A DNA stretch of 64,000 bases from Candidatus Eiseniibacteriota bacterium (GTDB lineage Bacteria; Eisenbacteria; RBG-16-71-46). The stretch spans positions 397,539-461,538 of the forward strand of contig CAVQXP010000002.1 in the NCBI GenBank assembly GCA_963717935.1. The letters are read 5' to 3'. Below are positions 33,105-43,600 of the stretch, one piece after another. Below the pieces are notes generated by a model. It was given only the letters and a program-made list of their open reading frames with translations, was not told the origin of the DNA and did not search any database. The translations under genes and the position numbers were made by a program. Within the stretch, counting starts at the first letter, position 1; every line of letters starts with the position of its first letter.

Positions 33105-35591
33105 ATGACTACTGTCCTTGCGCGCGCTGCGTCTCTGATGACGCTTCTTCAGGAGAAGACCTCGGAGGAGTCGCTCCAACCCCTTGTCGAAGCTGCCACC
33201 CGACTCTGCGACGACTTGCTTTCGGCGGGCGAGCCTCTTGTCGCCCTATCTCTGCTGATGGAACTTGAGCCTCTCAGTGAATCCCTTTCACCTGAGACCG
33301 CAGTCAAGGCAAGGACGGCAAAGGTCGGGGTGTTGAGTTCGTTGGAGCGCTACGCGGAGGCCCTTGAATTGGCGGAAACAACCGAATCGAGCTATGCCGC
33401 GCTCTTGCACAGACTTCCCGATACGGCCTACCACCTTCAGATACTGGCAGGAACGAGCCTCTGGTTGCTGAACAGACCTGAAGAAGCGGCTCGACGATTG
33501 TCCAAATTGAGAGAACGCCTTCTCCTGCAGCCAGACTCTGATCTACTCGCCGATTGCTCTGTACAGCTCTCCGCGGCGCACTCAATCCGTGGCGACTATG
33601 GGGCAGCGCGATACTTCGCGCTCGATGGTCTGGTTTCTGCAAGACGGTCTGGCAATAGGGCAAGCGAAGGCATGGCGTTGGCGAACTACGCCATGCTGGC
33701 ACGCCTGTTCTGTAGATGGGCGGAAGCGGCCGATGCAATCGAAGAGTCGCTAAGGATCCATGAGTCCTTGGGGAACAGGAAGCAATTGAATTACTCACGC
33801 CGTGGGCTCGCGCTCCTTCATTGGAGGCGAGGGCGCCTCGAGAGCGCGAGGCAGCTGAGCGACACATGTATCGCCAACGAAGCGGAATCAGGGAACTCCG
33901 CGACGCTATTGTTTGCAAAACTGCTGAAGGCGGCAATTCTGATTCATCAGGGAGACGTCGTTGCGGCGTCAGAGTTGTGCGAAGCAGCTACCACATGGGG
34001 CGTGCTGACAAAAGAGTCACGAGCCGCGTTGCTCGCTAAGGAGTTCCAAGGTGACGCGAAGTTGGAGCGGGGTGATGCAGCGGGCGCCATGAGCCATTAT
34101 GAAGATGTCTACCCAAAGGCGTTGGCGCTATCCCCAAAAGATGACATTGTTGGCGATCTCCATCGTCGTCTCGCGGAGTGCCACTATCTCCTTGGCCGCC
34201 ACGACGAGGCGTACGCCGAGGCGAAGGCTGGGCTTGAGCACTGTCGTGCGCTTAGCGACCGCTACGAGGAAGCGGCCAGTTACCGCATCCTAGCCCTGAG
34301 CGCGGCTGCAGTGGGCAAGACGGACGAGGCGAAGAAGCGGTTTGATGAGGGCTTCGCCTATTACGAGGAGATTGATACGCCGTACGAGTGGGGCAAGCTG
34401 TGGATGGCGTATGGGGACTGGCTGCTGGGACCACATGCGGGAGCGTACGCTGACCGCAAGGGCGCGCTGGAGGCGTACTACGCAGCGCGCGATCATTTCG
34501 AACGGATGGGTGCGGAGGCGAAGGTTCGTGAGGTGATTGCGAAGCTCGAGAAACTGGTCGAGCCGGGAGCCGGTGCCTCGTACGGCCATGGTGCCCACGT
34601 GGGCTCGGCTGGGATGCGCCACACGCCGCGCCGCCCACGTCGCTCGACGCGGCTGGAGCGGCGTTCGGTCTGGGCGTTTGAAACATTCAAGCTCGTCACG
34701 CGCAACAAGGCTGTGCTGGCCCTGCTTGGCGACGTAGGCAAGCTCGCCGTCAGCCAGACGCCGATGCTCGTCCTGGGCGAGTCGGGGACCGGGAAGGAGT
34801 TGATTGCGCGGGGCATCCACGCCCTCTCCCTGCGCAAGGGGCCGTTCATGGCGATCAACGCAGGGTCGCTCCCGCGGGAAATCATTGAGAGTGAACTGTT
34901 TGGCCACACGGCCGGCGCTTTCACGGGGGCGATGCGTGACAAGGCAGGCATGTTCGAGGTCTGCGACAAGGGCACGGTGTTCCTCGACGAGATTGCTGAG
35001 ATGTCGGTTGACCTCCAGTCACGGCTGCTGCGCTTTCTTGAGACCGGCGAGTCGCGGCGCGTGGGGTCGAACGTGAACATCGCTGTGGATACGCGGATTA
35101 TCACGGCTACAAATCGCGAGCGCGGTGCGCTCGAGCGGGGCGAAGGGTTCCGCCTTGACCTCTACTACCGGTTGGCCCATGCGGTAATCGCCCTGCCGCC
35201 GCTGCGCCACCGAGGGGACGATATCGAAATGCTCCTCGAGTATTTTCTCGAAGAGGCCTGTGCGGCGGCGCAACGGCAGGTCCGCCTGTCACCCGCGGCG
35301 GTCGCCCGCTTGGTTGGCTACTCATGGCCGGGCAACATCCGGCAGTTGCGGTCGGTCATCAAGCGCGTGGTTCTGCTGGGTAACGAGGGCCACGAGGTGA
35401 CACCGGAGGAGCTCCAACTCGAGAACGCCGAGGTCCCGACCACGCTCATTGAGGAGTTAGAGCAGGCCGAGCGTCGCCGTGTGGGGGAGGCGCTCTCACA
35501 ATCCCGCGGCTCGCGCACCGAGGCGGCCAAGGCTCTCGGGATGCCGCGCACGACGCTCATCAACCGGATGAAGCGCTACGGGCTGACGTAG
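33105..35591 (+). CDS. TPR-domain sigma54 enhancer-binding protein (TPR + AAA+ + Fis HTH); start uncertain
   Basis: GESGTGKE, ESELFGH, GAFTGA, FLDEI, Q.RLLRFL, DLYYRL, WPGNIRQL, AAKALGMPRTTL; long helical-repeat N-terminus. Confidence 0.92.
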   Translation: MTTVLARAASLMTLLQEKTSEESLQPLVEAATRLCDDLLSAGEPLVALSLLMELEPLSESLSPETAVKARTAKVGVLSSLERYAEALELAETTESSYAALLHRLPDTAYHLQILAGTSLWLLNRPEEAARRLSKLRERLLLQPDSDLLADCSVQLSAAHSIRGDYGAARYFALDGLVSARRSGNRASEGMALANYAMLARLFCRWAEAADAIEESLRIHESLGNRKQLNYSRRGLALLHWRRGRLESARQLSDTCIANEAESGNSATLLFAKLLKAAILIHQGDVVAASELCEAATTWGVLTKESRAALLAKEFQGDAKLERGDAAGAMSHYEDVYPKALALSPKDDIVGDLHRRLAECHYLLGRHDEAYAEAKAGLEHCRALSDRYEEAASYRILALSAAAVGKTDEAKKRFDEGFAYYEEIDTPYEWGKLWMAYGDWLLGPHAGAYADRKGALEAYYAARDHFERMGAEAKVREVIAKLEKLVEPGAGASYGHGAHVGSAGMRHTPRRPRRSTRLERRSVWAFETFKLVTRNKAVLALLGDVGKLAVSQTPMLVLGESGTGKELIARGIHALSLRKGPFMAINAGSLPREIIESELFGHTAGAFTGAMRDKAGMFEVCDKGTVFLDEIAEMSVDLQSRLLRFLETGESRRVGSNVNIAVDTRIITATNRERGALERGEGFRLDLYYRLAHAVIALPPLRHRGDDIEMLLEYFLEEACAAAQRQVRLSPAAVARLVGYSWPGNIRQLRSVIKRVVLLGNEGHEVTPEELQLENAEVPTTLIEELEQAERRRVGEALSQSRGSRTEAAKALGMPRTTLINRMKRYGLT

Positions 35592-35764
35592 CCCCCGCGG
35601 CCGCGATTCAGGGCTCAGCGCCCTTCGCCGGCCCTCGGACCCGGGGCAACTCCATTCGAGTCCGGACGGCCCGCGCGAGCATCCTAGGGAAGGCAGCCTC
35701 AGCCCCCGGCCGGCACCGCGCCCACCGCGGGTTGCGAATCCCGCCCCTCACAAGGAGTGCAGAC

Positions 35765-36850
35765 GTGCCCGCTCTCTCGCTGTTCGCGCCCACCACGCTC
35801 GGCCCCCTGGCCCTGCGCAACCGCCTGGTCATGGCCCCCATGACGCGCAGCCGCGCGCTCGAGGCCAGCACCCCCAACGCGCTCATGGCCGAGTACTACG
35901 GCCAGCGCGCGGGGGCGGGGCTCATCCTCACCGAGGGCACCTCGCCCGCGCCCAACGGCACGGGCTACCCGCGCATCCCGGGCCTCTGGTCGGCCGCGCA
36001 GGTCGAAGGCTGGAAGCCGGTCACGCAGGCCGTCCACTCCCGGGGGGGCCGCATCTTCGTGCAGCTCATGCACACCGGCCGCGTGGGTCATCCGCTCAAC
36101 CTGCCGGCGGGCGCCGAGCTGGTCGCGCCCAGCGCGGTGGCGCTCGAAGGCGAGATCTACACCGACGCCAAGGGCCTGCAGCCGCACCCCGTGCCGCGGG
36201 CGATGAACGAGGCCGACGTGCGCCAGGCCATCGCCGAGTTCGTCCTGGCTTCGCGCAATGCCATCGCCGCCGGCTTCGACGGGGTCGAGCTGCACGGCGC
36301 CAACGGCTACCTGATCGAGCAGTTCCTCAGCCCGCAGACCAACCAGCGCAGCGACGCCTGGGGCGGCTCGGTCGAGAAGCGGCTGGGTTTCGCGCTGCAG
36401 GTGGCGCAGGCCGTGTCCGCGGCCATCGGCGGCGCGCGGGTCGGCATCCGGCTCTCGCCGTACGGGGCGAACGCCGGCATGAAGCCCTATCCCGGGATCG
36501 AGGAGACCTACACCACGCTCGTGGCGCGCCTGGCGGCCACCGGGATCCAGTACGTCCACGTCGTGGACCACTCGGCGATGGGGGCGCCCGCGGTCCCCGA
36601 GACCCTCAAGCGCGCGCTGCGCCAGGCCTGGCCGCGCACCTTCATCCTGGCCGGCGGCTTCGACCGGGCGAGCGCCGAGGCGGCGCTGAACGCGGGCGGC
36701 TGCGACCTGGTGGCCTTCGGCCGGCCGTTCCTCGCCAACCCCGATCTGGTCACCCGGCTCGAGCGCGGGCTGGCGCTCAACGCCCCCGACTTCGCGACCT
36801 TCTACACGCCGGGGCCCAAGGGGTACACGGACTACCCGGTAGTGGCCTGA
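35765..36850 (+). CDS. Old yellow enzyme family alkene reductase (NemA-like)
   Basis: VMAPMTRSRA, YYGQRA, QLMHTGR, GFDGVELHGANGYL, FGRPFLANPDL, GYTDYP; SD AAGGAG. Confidence 0.93.
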   Translation: MPALSLFAPTTLGPLALRNRLVMAPMTRSRALEASTPNALMAEYYGQRAGAGLILTEGTSPAPNGTGYPRIPGLWSAAQVEGWKPVTQAVHSRGGRIFVQLMHTGRVGHPLNLPAGAELVAPSAVALEGEIYTDAKGLQPHPVPRAMNEADVRQAIAEFVLASRNAIAAGFDGVELHGANGYLIEQFLSPQTNQRSDAWGGSVEKRLGFALQVAQAVSAAIGGARVGIRLSPYGANAGMKPYPGIEETYTTLVARLAATGIQYVHVVDHSAMGAPAVPETLKRALRQAWPRTFILAGGFDRASAEAALNAGGCDLVAFGRPFLANPDLVTRLERGLALNAPDFATFYTPGPKGYTDYPVVA

Positions 36851-37114
36851 GCCCAAGGCGGCAGGGACGGCCCTCCGGCGGTTCCGGACGGGGAGTCGCC
36901 TGCCGACCCTTCCTCACATCCATCCCCCGAGTGGCTTCACGGAATGGCACCGCCGGCGTGCCCGGGGATTCCCCCGTTGCGCACCCCCTGCTTATTGATA
37001 GACCGCCCGTAAGCCGCGGCGTATGCTCCTGACCGCCGGGAGCCCCCAGGTGTCGAACATCAAGTCGGTCCCGCGTCGATCCCGCCCGGACGGGGCCAAC
37101 CCTCGGAGCCCGCC

Positions 37115-37573
37115 ATGAGAGGTGTCTTCGCCTGCATCTCACTCCTCGCCGTCGTCGCTGGCGTCGGTTGTGCCGCGCGTCAGCCCGTCGTGGTGGTACC
37201 CCCGGCGCCGGCGCCAGAGGCCGAGCTTGAACGGCGTGAGCGGATCGTGGTCGCACCCTTCTCCTTGACGGATGAGGAACTCCCGAAGTTCGGGGAGTAC
37301 GTCTACGTCGAGGTGCTGCCTGAGGCCATCCGGAACGTGACCCCGCAGTATCCCGATGTCGCCCGCGAGTCGAGGGTGGAAGGCACCGTGATGGTGCAGG
37401 CGTTGGTGGGCAAGGACGGAACGGTGAAGGACACCCGCATCGTCAAGTCGATCCCGATGCTGGACGCCGCGGCAACAGCGGCCGTCAGGCAGTGGCTCTT
37501 CAAGCCAGCGCAGGTCCGCGGCGAGCCGGTGGCGGTCTGGGTTGCCGTGCCGGTGACGTTCAGGCTGCACTGA
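37115..37573 (+). CDS. Lipoprotein with a TonB C-terminal domain
   Basis: LLAVVAGVGC lipobox; PQYPDVAR..VEGTV.V...V..DG.V..LD.AA..AVRQW.FKPA...G.PV. Confidence 0.85.
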   Translation: MRGVFACISLLAVVAGVGCAARQPVVVVPPAPAPEAELERRERIVVAPFSLTDEELPKFGEYVYVEVLPEAIRNVTPQYPDVARESRVEGTVMVQALVGKDGTVKDTRIVKSIPMLDAAATAAVRQWLFKPAQVRGEPVAVWVAVPVTFRLH

Positions 37574-37597
37574 CAAGGTCCACCCGCGGAGGCCGTC

Positions 37598-39292
37598 GTG
37601 CACAGGGCTGGAGCATTCTTCCTCGTCTGCGCGGGGTTGCTCGGTCTCGCGCTGCCGTTGCCGCGCGCCGCCACGGCGGCCTGGCCGACCGACCCGCTCG
37701 TGAACGTACCGCTGTGCATCGCCACCGGAGACCAGGAACGGCCCGAGATCGTATTGGACGGTGTGGGTGGGACGATCGTCACCTGGCAGGACGCCCGTGA
37801 CGGTTGCTGCGACATCTACGCCCAGCGCATCTCGGGCGATGGCACGGCGCAGTGGTCGGCCAACGGGGTGGCCCTCTGCACCGCCACCGGCGAGCAGGGC
37901 TGCCCCGTGATCGTCTCGGACGGCGCGGGCGGGGCCATCGCCACCTGGATCGACACGCGTGGAGGCAGCCCCAACGGCGACCTCTACGCGCAGCGGATCT
38001 CGTCCACTGGCACGACTCAGTGGATGGCCGACGGCGCGGTCCTCTGCACCGCCCCCGCGTATCAGTACACTCCCAAGCTCATGTCGGACGGTGCAGGCGG
38101 GGCCATCGTCACCTGGTGGGACGAGCGCAGTGGCAACTACGACATCTACGCCCAGCGCATCTCGGGCGATGGCACGGTGCAGTGGCCGGCCGACGGGGTG
38201 GCCCTCTGCACCGCCGCCGCCAGCCAGTACTTCCCCGCGCTCACGTCGGACGGTGCAGACGGGGCCATCGTCACCTGGTCGGACTACCGCAGCGGCAACG
38301 GGGACATCTACGCCCAGCGCGTCTCGGGCGATGGCACGGTGCAGTGGTCGGCCAACGGGGTGGCCCTCTGCACCGCCACCGGCGAGCAGTACTACCCCAC
38401 CCTCGTCGCGGACGGCGCGGGCGGGGCCATCGTTACCTGGGGCGACGAACGCAGCGGCAACTACGACATCTACGCACAACGAATCTCGGGCGATGGCGAT
38501 GTGCAGTGGTCGGCCAACGGCGTGGCCCTCTGCACCGCCCCTGGTGAGCAGCACTACCCCAGGATCGTCTCGGACGGCGCGGGCGGGGCCATCGTCACCT
38601 GGTCGGACTACCGCAGCGGCAATAGGGATATCTACGCCCAGCGCGTCTCGGGCGATGGCACGGTGCAGTGGTCGGCCAACGGGGTGGCCCTCTGCACTGC
38701 CATCGGCACTCAGCAGGGGCCCGCCATCGTCTCGGACGGCGCGGCCGGGGCCGTCGTCAGCTGGTGGGACTACCGCAGCGGCAACTGCGACGTCTACGCC
38801 CAGCGCGTCTCGGGCGATGGCACGGTGCAGTGGCCGACCGACGGCGCGGCCCTCTGCACCGCCACCGGCGAGCAGTACTACCCCACCCTCGTCGCGGACG
38901 GCGCGGGCGGGGCCATCGCGGTCTGGCAGGAGCCCCGCAGCGGCAACTGGGACATCTACGCGCAGAGCGTGAAGGCAAGCGGCGAACTCGGCAGTGACTT
39001 GAGCGTGCCGGCCGAGGCCGTGCTCTCGTTCGCGCTCGAACCGGTGTGTCCGAATCCCTCGCGGGGTGGCGCGCTGACGGTGCACTTCACGCTGCCGAGC
39101 GGGTCGGTGGCTTGGCTCGAGTTGCTCGATGTGGCCGGGCGCCGCATCGCCATGCGTGAGGTGGGCTCGCTGGGCGCGGGACGCCACACGCTCGATCTTG
39201 GCGAGGGCCGTCGGCTTGCCCCGGGGCTCTATCTGGTGTGGCTCACGCAGGGCACGAGCACGCGCACGACGAGGGCGGTGGTGCTGAGGTAG
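37598..39292 (+). CDS. Secreted 8-repeat (~54 aa) beta-propeller protein with a T9SS/FlgD-like CTD
   Basis: Signal peptide; 8x DGAGGAIVTWxDxR..DIYAQR (~162-nt period); CTD PNP..DVAGR..GLY..R.VVLR. Confidence 0.88.
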   Translation: MHRAGAFFLVCAGLLGLALPLPRAATAAWPTDPLVNVPLCIATGDQERPEIVLDGVGGTIVTWQDARDGCCDIYAQRISGDGTAQWSANGVALCTATGEQGCPVIVSDGAGGAIATWIDTRGGSPNGDLYAQRISSTGTTQWMADGAVLCTAPAYQYTPKLMSDGAGGAIVTWWDERSGNYDIYAQRISGDGTVQWPADGVALCTAAASQYFPALTSDGADGAIVTWSDYRSGNGDIYAQRVSGDGTVQWSANGVALCTATGEQYYPTLVADGAGGAIVTWGDERSGNYDIYAQRISGDGDVQWSANGVALCTAPGEQHYPRIVSDGAGGAIVTWSDYRSGNRDIYAQRVSGDGTVQWSANGVALCTAIGTQQGPAIVSDGAAGAVVSWWDYRSGNCDVYAQRVSGDGTVQWPTDGAALCTATGEQYYPTLVADGAGGAIAVWQEPRSGNWDIYAQSVKASGELGSDLSVPAEAVLSFALEPVCPNPSRGGALTVHFTLPSGSVAWLELLDVAGRRIAMREVGSLGAGRHTLDLGEGRRLAPGLYLVWLTQGTSTRTTRAVVLR

Positions 39293-39401
39293 CGCGAGCG
39301 AGGAAGATCAGGAATCCGCGGCCGAGTTCCGCCGCGAACGGCAGACGATTGCGGACACCGGGTGTCAGGGGCCAGAGCGCCGGGATGAAAGGAGTGATGG
39401 C

Positions 39402-40328
39402 ATGCGGTGGATGTTGCTTTGGACTGGATTGACCCTGGTGGGCTCTGGCTGGCTGTGTTCCGTGCCACCGGTCGAGGCCGACGAAGCTACTCCGGTCGAG
39501 TGCATTCGCGTGTGGTGGTCGTGCGGTCCGGCCAGTCTGGCGTTCGCGGCTGATGGTTCGGTGGTTGTGGCGAATGCCATGTGCGGCCAGGTGACCCACT
39601 ACGACTCGACGGGTGCGGAGCTGAATCACTGGACCAGCCCGACCGGGGACAGCGGGTTGCCGTACTTCCCGAGCGGGATCGACCTTGATGGGGCCGGGAA
39701 CGTCTTCGTTGCGAATCTGTATGAGAAGCGGGTCGAGAAGTTCACTGCAGGCGGAACGCTCGTGGTGGCATATGGGGTGGGGACTCTCATCCATCCCACA
39801 GGGATTGCCGTTGATCGGGGGACGGGCCACCTCCTTGTGTGCGATGGGGGTGGGGGCGTGATCCGTGAGTACGACGCGACGGGGACACTGCTGAGGAACG
39901 TCGTGGCGGGCTACGAGGTGACCGACGTCGCACTGGCCCCCGGTGGGAATCTCTACGTCTGTTTCTACAACGGAGTGGTATGGGCGTTGGATGCCGGCGG
40001 GAGTCTGCTCGCCTCGTGGACGGTCCCTGATCAAGGGCCGGAAACGACGTTCAGAGGGATTGCCGTGAGCCCCGACGGAAACGTCCATGTGGCCTACAGG
40101 AGCAGTGGGAGAGTCCTCACGCTCTCGTCGAGTCTCCAGTATCTCGGGGACTGGCCGATCACCTGTTTCGAACCAAGTCCCGCGTTCTCCGGACTTGACT
40201 TCGATGGCCGGGGTCAGGCTGTGCTCAGCCAGGATTACGGTCTGGGTCAGATTGGACTCTTTAGCCTCGAGACCTCTGTTCCCGTCGCGTCGACGACTTG
40301 GGGAAAGCTCAAATCGCTCTATCGCTGA
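39402..40328 (+). CDS. Secreted NHL-repeat beta-propeller ending in TTWGKLKSLYR; lower GC
   Basis: Signal-like N-terminus; PSGIDLDGAGNVFVA, PTGIAVD, RGIAVSPDGNVHV; SD AAGGAG. Confidence 0.85.
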   Translation: MRWMLLWTGLTLVGSGWLCSVPPVEADEATPVECIRVWWSCGPASLAFAADGSVVVANAMCGQVTHYDSTGAELNHWTSPTGDSGLPYFPSGIDLDGAGNVFVANLYEKRVEKFTAGGTLVVAYGVGTLIHPTGIAVDRGTGHLLVCDGGGGVIREYDATGTLLRNVVAGYEVTDVALAPGGNLYVCFYNGVVWALDAGGSLLASWTVPDQGPETTFRGIAVSPDGNVHVAYRSSGRVLTLSSSLQYLGDWPITCFEPSPAFSGLDFDGRGQAVLSQDYGLGQIGLFSLETSVPVASTTWGKLKSLYR

Positions 40329-40614
40329 CGTGCAGAGACGAACAACGCGGGTCGGTCCTCGCAGATCGGCCCGTACCGGTGGCCGGCGGGCGCGGAGTGA
40401 CGATGCCAGGGTCCGGCTAGAGTCTGGCGCGCCCTTCGGGTCGCCCCGGGAGGCGTGGGGCGGCCAGTGCCGGGGACTCCCGGGCCGCTCCCTCTCGCGT
40501 CGGAGGCGGGCCGGAGCGGATTGTTGTGGCAAAGGGGTCGGGTCGGGCTGTAAGCTTTTGTCAGCTTTGTGGTTGCTGACAGCCCTGCGCGCGTTTCCTC
40601 CCTCGGAGGTCGCC

Positions 40615-43600
40615 ATGCTCCCCACCGGTCCCTTCCGGCTGGCGTTCTGCCCTGCCCTGGTGGTCCTTCTTCTCGTCCTTACCTCCCTGTCTCCGCCCCA
40701 CGCCCACGCCATCTCGATCCACACGCTCTTCACGCCGACCGGTGCCGCCGCGTACGACCAGTTCGGCCTCTCGGTCGCCGGGGCGGGCGACGTCAACGGG
40801 GATGGCTACGACGATGTCATCGTCGGGGCCCTCTACAACGACGCGGGCGGGACGTATGCCGGCCGTGCCTACGTCTATTTCGGCGGACCGGGCGCGGACG
40901 CCGTCGCCGACCTCACCCTGGCCGGCGCCGCCGGGGACGACTACTTCGGCCACTCGGTCGCCGGGGCGGGGGACGTGAACGGGGATGGCTACGGCGATGT
41001 CATCGTCGGGGCCCACGGGAACGACGCGGGCGGGACGAACGCCGGCCGTGCGTACGTCTATTTCGGGGGTCCGGGCGCGGACGCCAGCGCCGACCTCATC
41101 CTGACCGGCGCCGCCGCGGGCGACAACTTCGGCTACTCGGTCGCCGGGGCGGGGGACGTCAACGGGGATGGCTACGGCGATGTCATCGTCGGGGCCCTCT
41201 ACAACGACGCGGGCGAGTCGGACGCCGGCCGCGCGTACGTGTACTACGGGGGCCCGGGTGCGGACGCCGTCGCCGACCTCACCCTGACCGGCGCCGCCGC
41301 GTCCGACTACCTCGGCACCTCGGTTGCCGGGGCGGGGGACGTCAACGGGGATGGCTACGGCGATGTCATCGTCGGGGCCAGCAGCGACGACGCGGGCGGG
41401 GCGGACGCCGGCCGCGCGTACGTGTACTACGGGGGCCCGGGCGCGGACGCCGTCGCCGACCTCACCCTGACCGGCGCCGCCGTTGGCGACTACTTCGGCT
41501 ACTCGGTCGCCGGGGCGGGGGACGTGAACGGGGATGGCTACGGCGATGTCATCGCCGGGGCCCTCTACAACGACGCGGGTGGGGCGAACGCCGGCCGTGC
41601 GTACGTGTACTACGGGGGCCCGGGCGCGGACGCCGTCGCCGACCTCACCCTGACCGGCGCCACGGGCGACTACCTCGGCCACTCGGTCGCCGGGGCGGGC
41701 GACGTGAACGGGGATGGCTACGGCGATGTCATCGTCGGGGCCCCCTTCAACGACGCGGGCGGGGGGGACGCCGGCCGTGCGTACGTCCATTTCGGGGGCC
41801 CGGGCGCGGACGCCGTCGCCGACCTCACCCTGACCGGCGCCGCCGCGTCCGACTACTTCGGCCGCTCGGTCGCCGGGGCGGGGGACGTCAACGGGGATGG
41901 CTACGGCGACGTCATCGTCGGGGCGAACGGCAACGACGCGGGCGGGACGGACGCCGGCCGGGCGTACGTGGCGACGGCCTATCCGTACAATGTGCTGTCT
42001 CCCAACGGTGGTGAGCAGTGGGTGGCGGGCACGACGGCGACGGTGCGCTGGCTGGGACCCGACGTGGCGGACATCGCCGTCTCGATGGACGGTGGGGCGA
42101 GCTACAGCACGCTGGCGAGCGGCGTGGGCGGGGCAACGGAGAACGAATTCCCGATCACGGTGCCGGGGATCGCGACCGAGTTCGGCAAGGTCCGACTGAG
42201 CCAGACGGGGCTGACGGTGGAACGTTTGACCTCGGACGCGAGCGACGGGGTGTTCCGAATCGTGCTGCCGCACGCTCCACCGGCGGCGGCGAGTGCGCTG
42301 GCCTGCACGCCGACCGGTGCCGCCGCGTCCGACAACTTCGGCAACTCGGTCGCCGGGGCGGGGGACGTCAACGGGGATGGCTACGGCGATGTCATCATCG
42401 GGGCCAACAACAACGACGCGGGCGGGACGAACGCGGGCCGGGCGTACGTGTACTTCGGGGGCCCGGGCGCGGACGCCGCCGCCGACCTCACTCTGACGGG
42501 TGTTGCCGCGTATGACTACTTCGGGTACTCGGTCGCGGGGGCGGGGGACGTGGACGGGGATGGCTTTGGTGATGTCCTCGTCGGGGCCTACTCCAACGAC
42601 GCGGGCGCGATGGACGCCGGCCAGGCGTACGTCTACCTCGGGGGACCGGGCGCGGACGCGGTCGCCGACCTCACCCTGACCGGCGCTGCCACGGGCGACC
42701 AGTTCGGCCGCTCGGTCGCCGGGGCGGGGGACGTCAACGGGGATGGCTATGGCGATGTCATCGTCGGGGCCGAGCGCGACGCCGCGGGCGGGATGTACGC
42801 GGGTCGTGCCTACGTGTACTACGGTGGTCCTGGCGCGGACGCCAGCGCCGACCTCACCCTGACCGGCGCCGCCACGGGCGACAACTTCGGCACCTCGGTC
42901 GCCGGGGCGGGGGACGTCAACGGGGATGGCTACGACGATGTCATCGTCGGGGCCTGCTACAACGACGCGGGCGGGACGGACGCCGGCCGTGCGTACGTGT
43001 ACTTCGGGGGACCAGGTGCCGACGCGGTCGCCGACCTCACCCTGACCGGCGCCGCCGCGCTCGACTACTTCGGCAACTCGGTGGCCGGGGCGGGGGACGT
43101 CAACGGGGACGGCTACGACGATGTCATCGTCGGGGCCTACCACAACGGCGCAAGCGGGACGGAAGCCGGCCGGGCCTACGTCTACTTCGGGGGACCTGGC
43201 GCCGACGCCGTCGCCGACCTCACCCTGACGGGCGCGGCCGTTGGCGACATGTTCGGCCGCTCGGTCGCGGGGGCGGGGGACGTCAACGGGGACGGCTACG
43301 GCGATGTCATCGTCGGGGCCTACCACAACAGCGCAAGCGGGATGTACGCCGGCCGGGCGTACGTGTACTTCGGCGGTCCCGGAGCCGACGCCGTCGCCGA
43401 CCTCATCGTGACCGGCGCCGCCGCGCTCGACTACTTCGGCTGCTCGGTGGCCGGGGCGGGCGACATCACCGGGGATGGCTTCGGCGATGTCATCGTCGGG
43501 GCGTACGGCAACGACGCGGGCGGGTCGAGCGCCGGCCGGGCGTACGTGTACGACTGCAACCGCTACTTCGTGACCACGCCCAACGGTGGCGAGACCTGGA

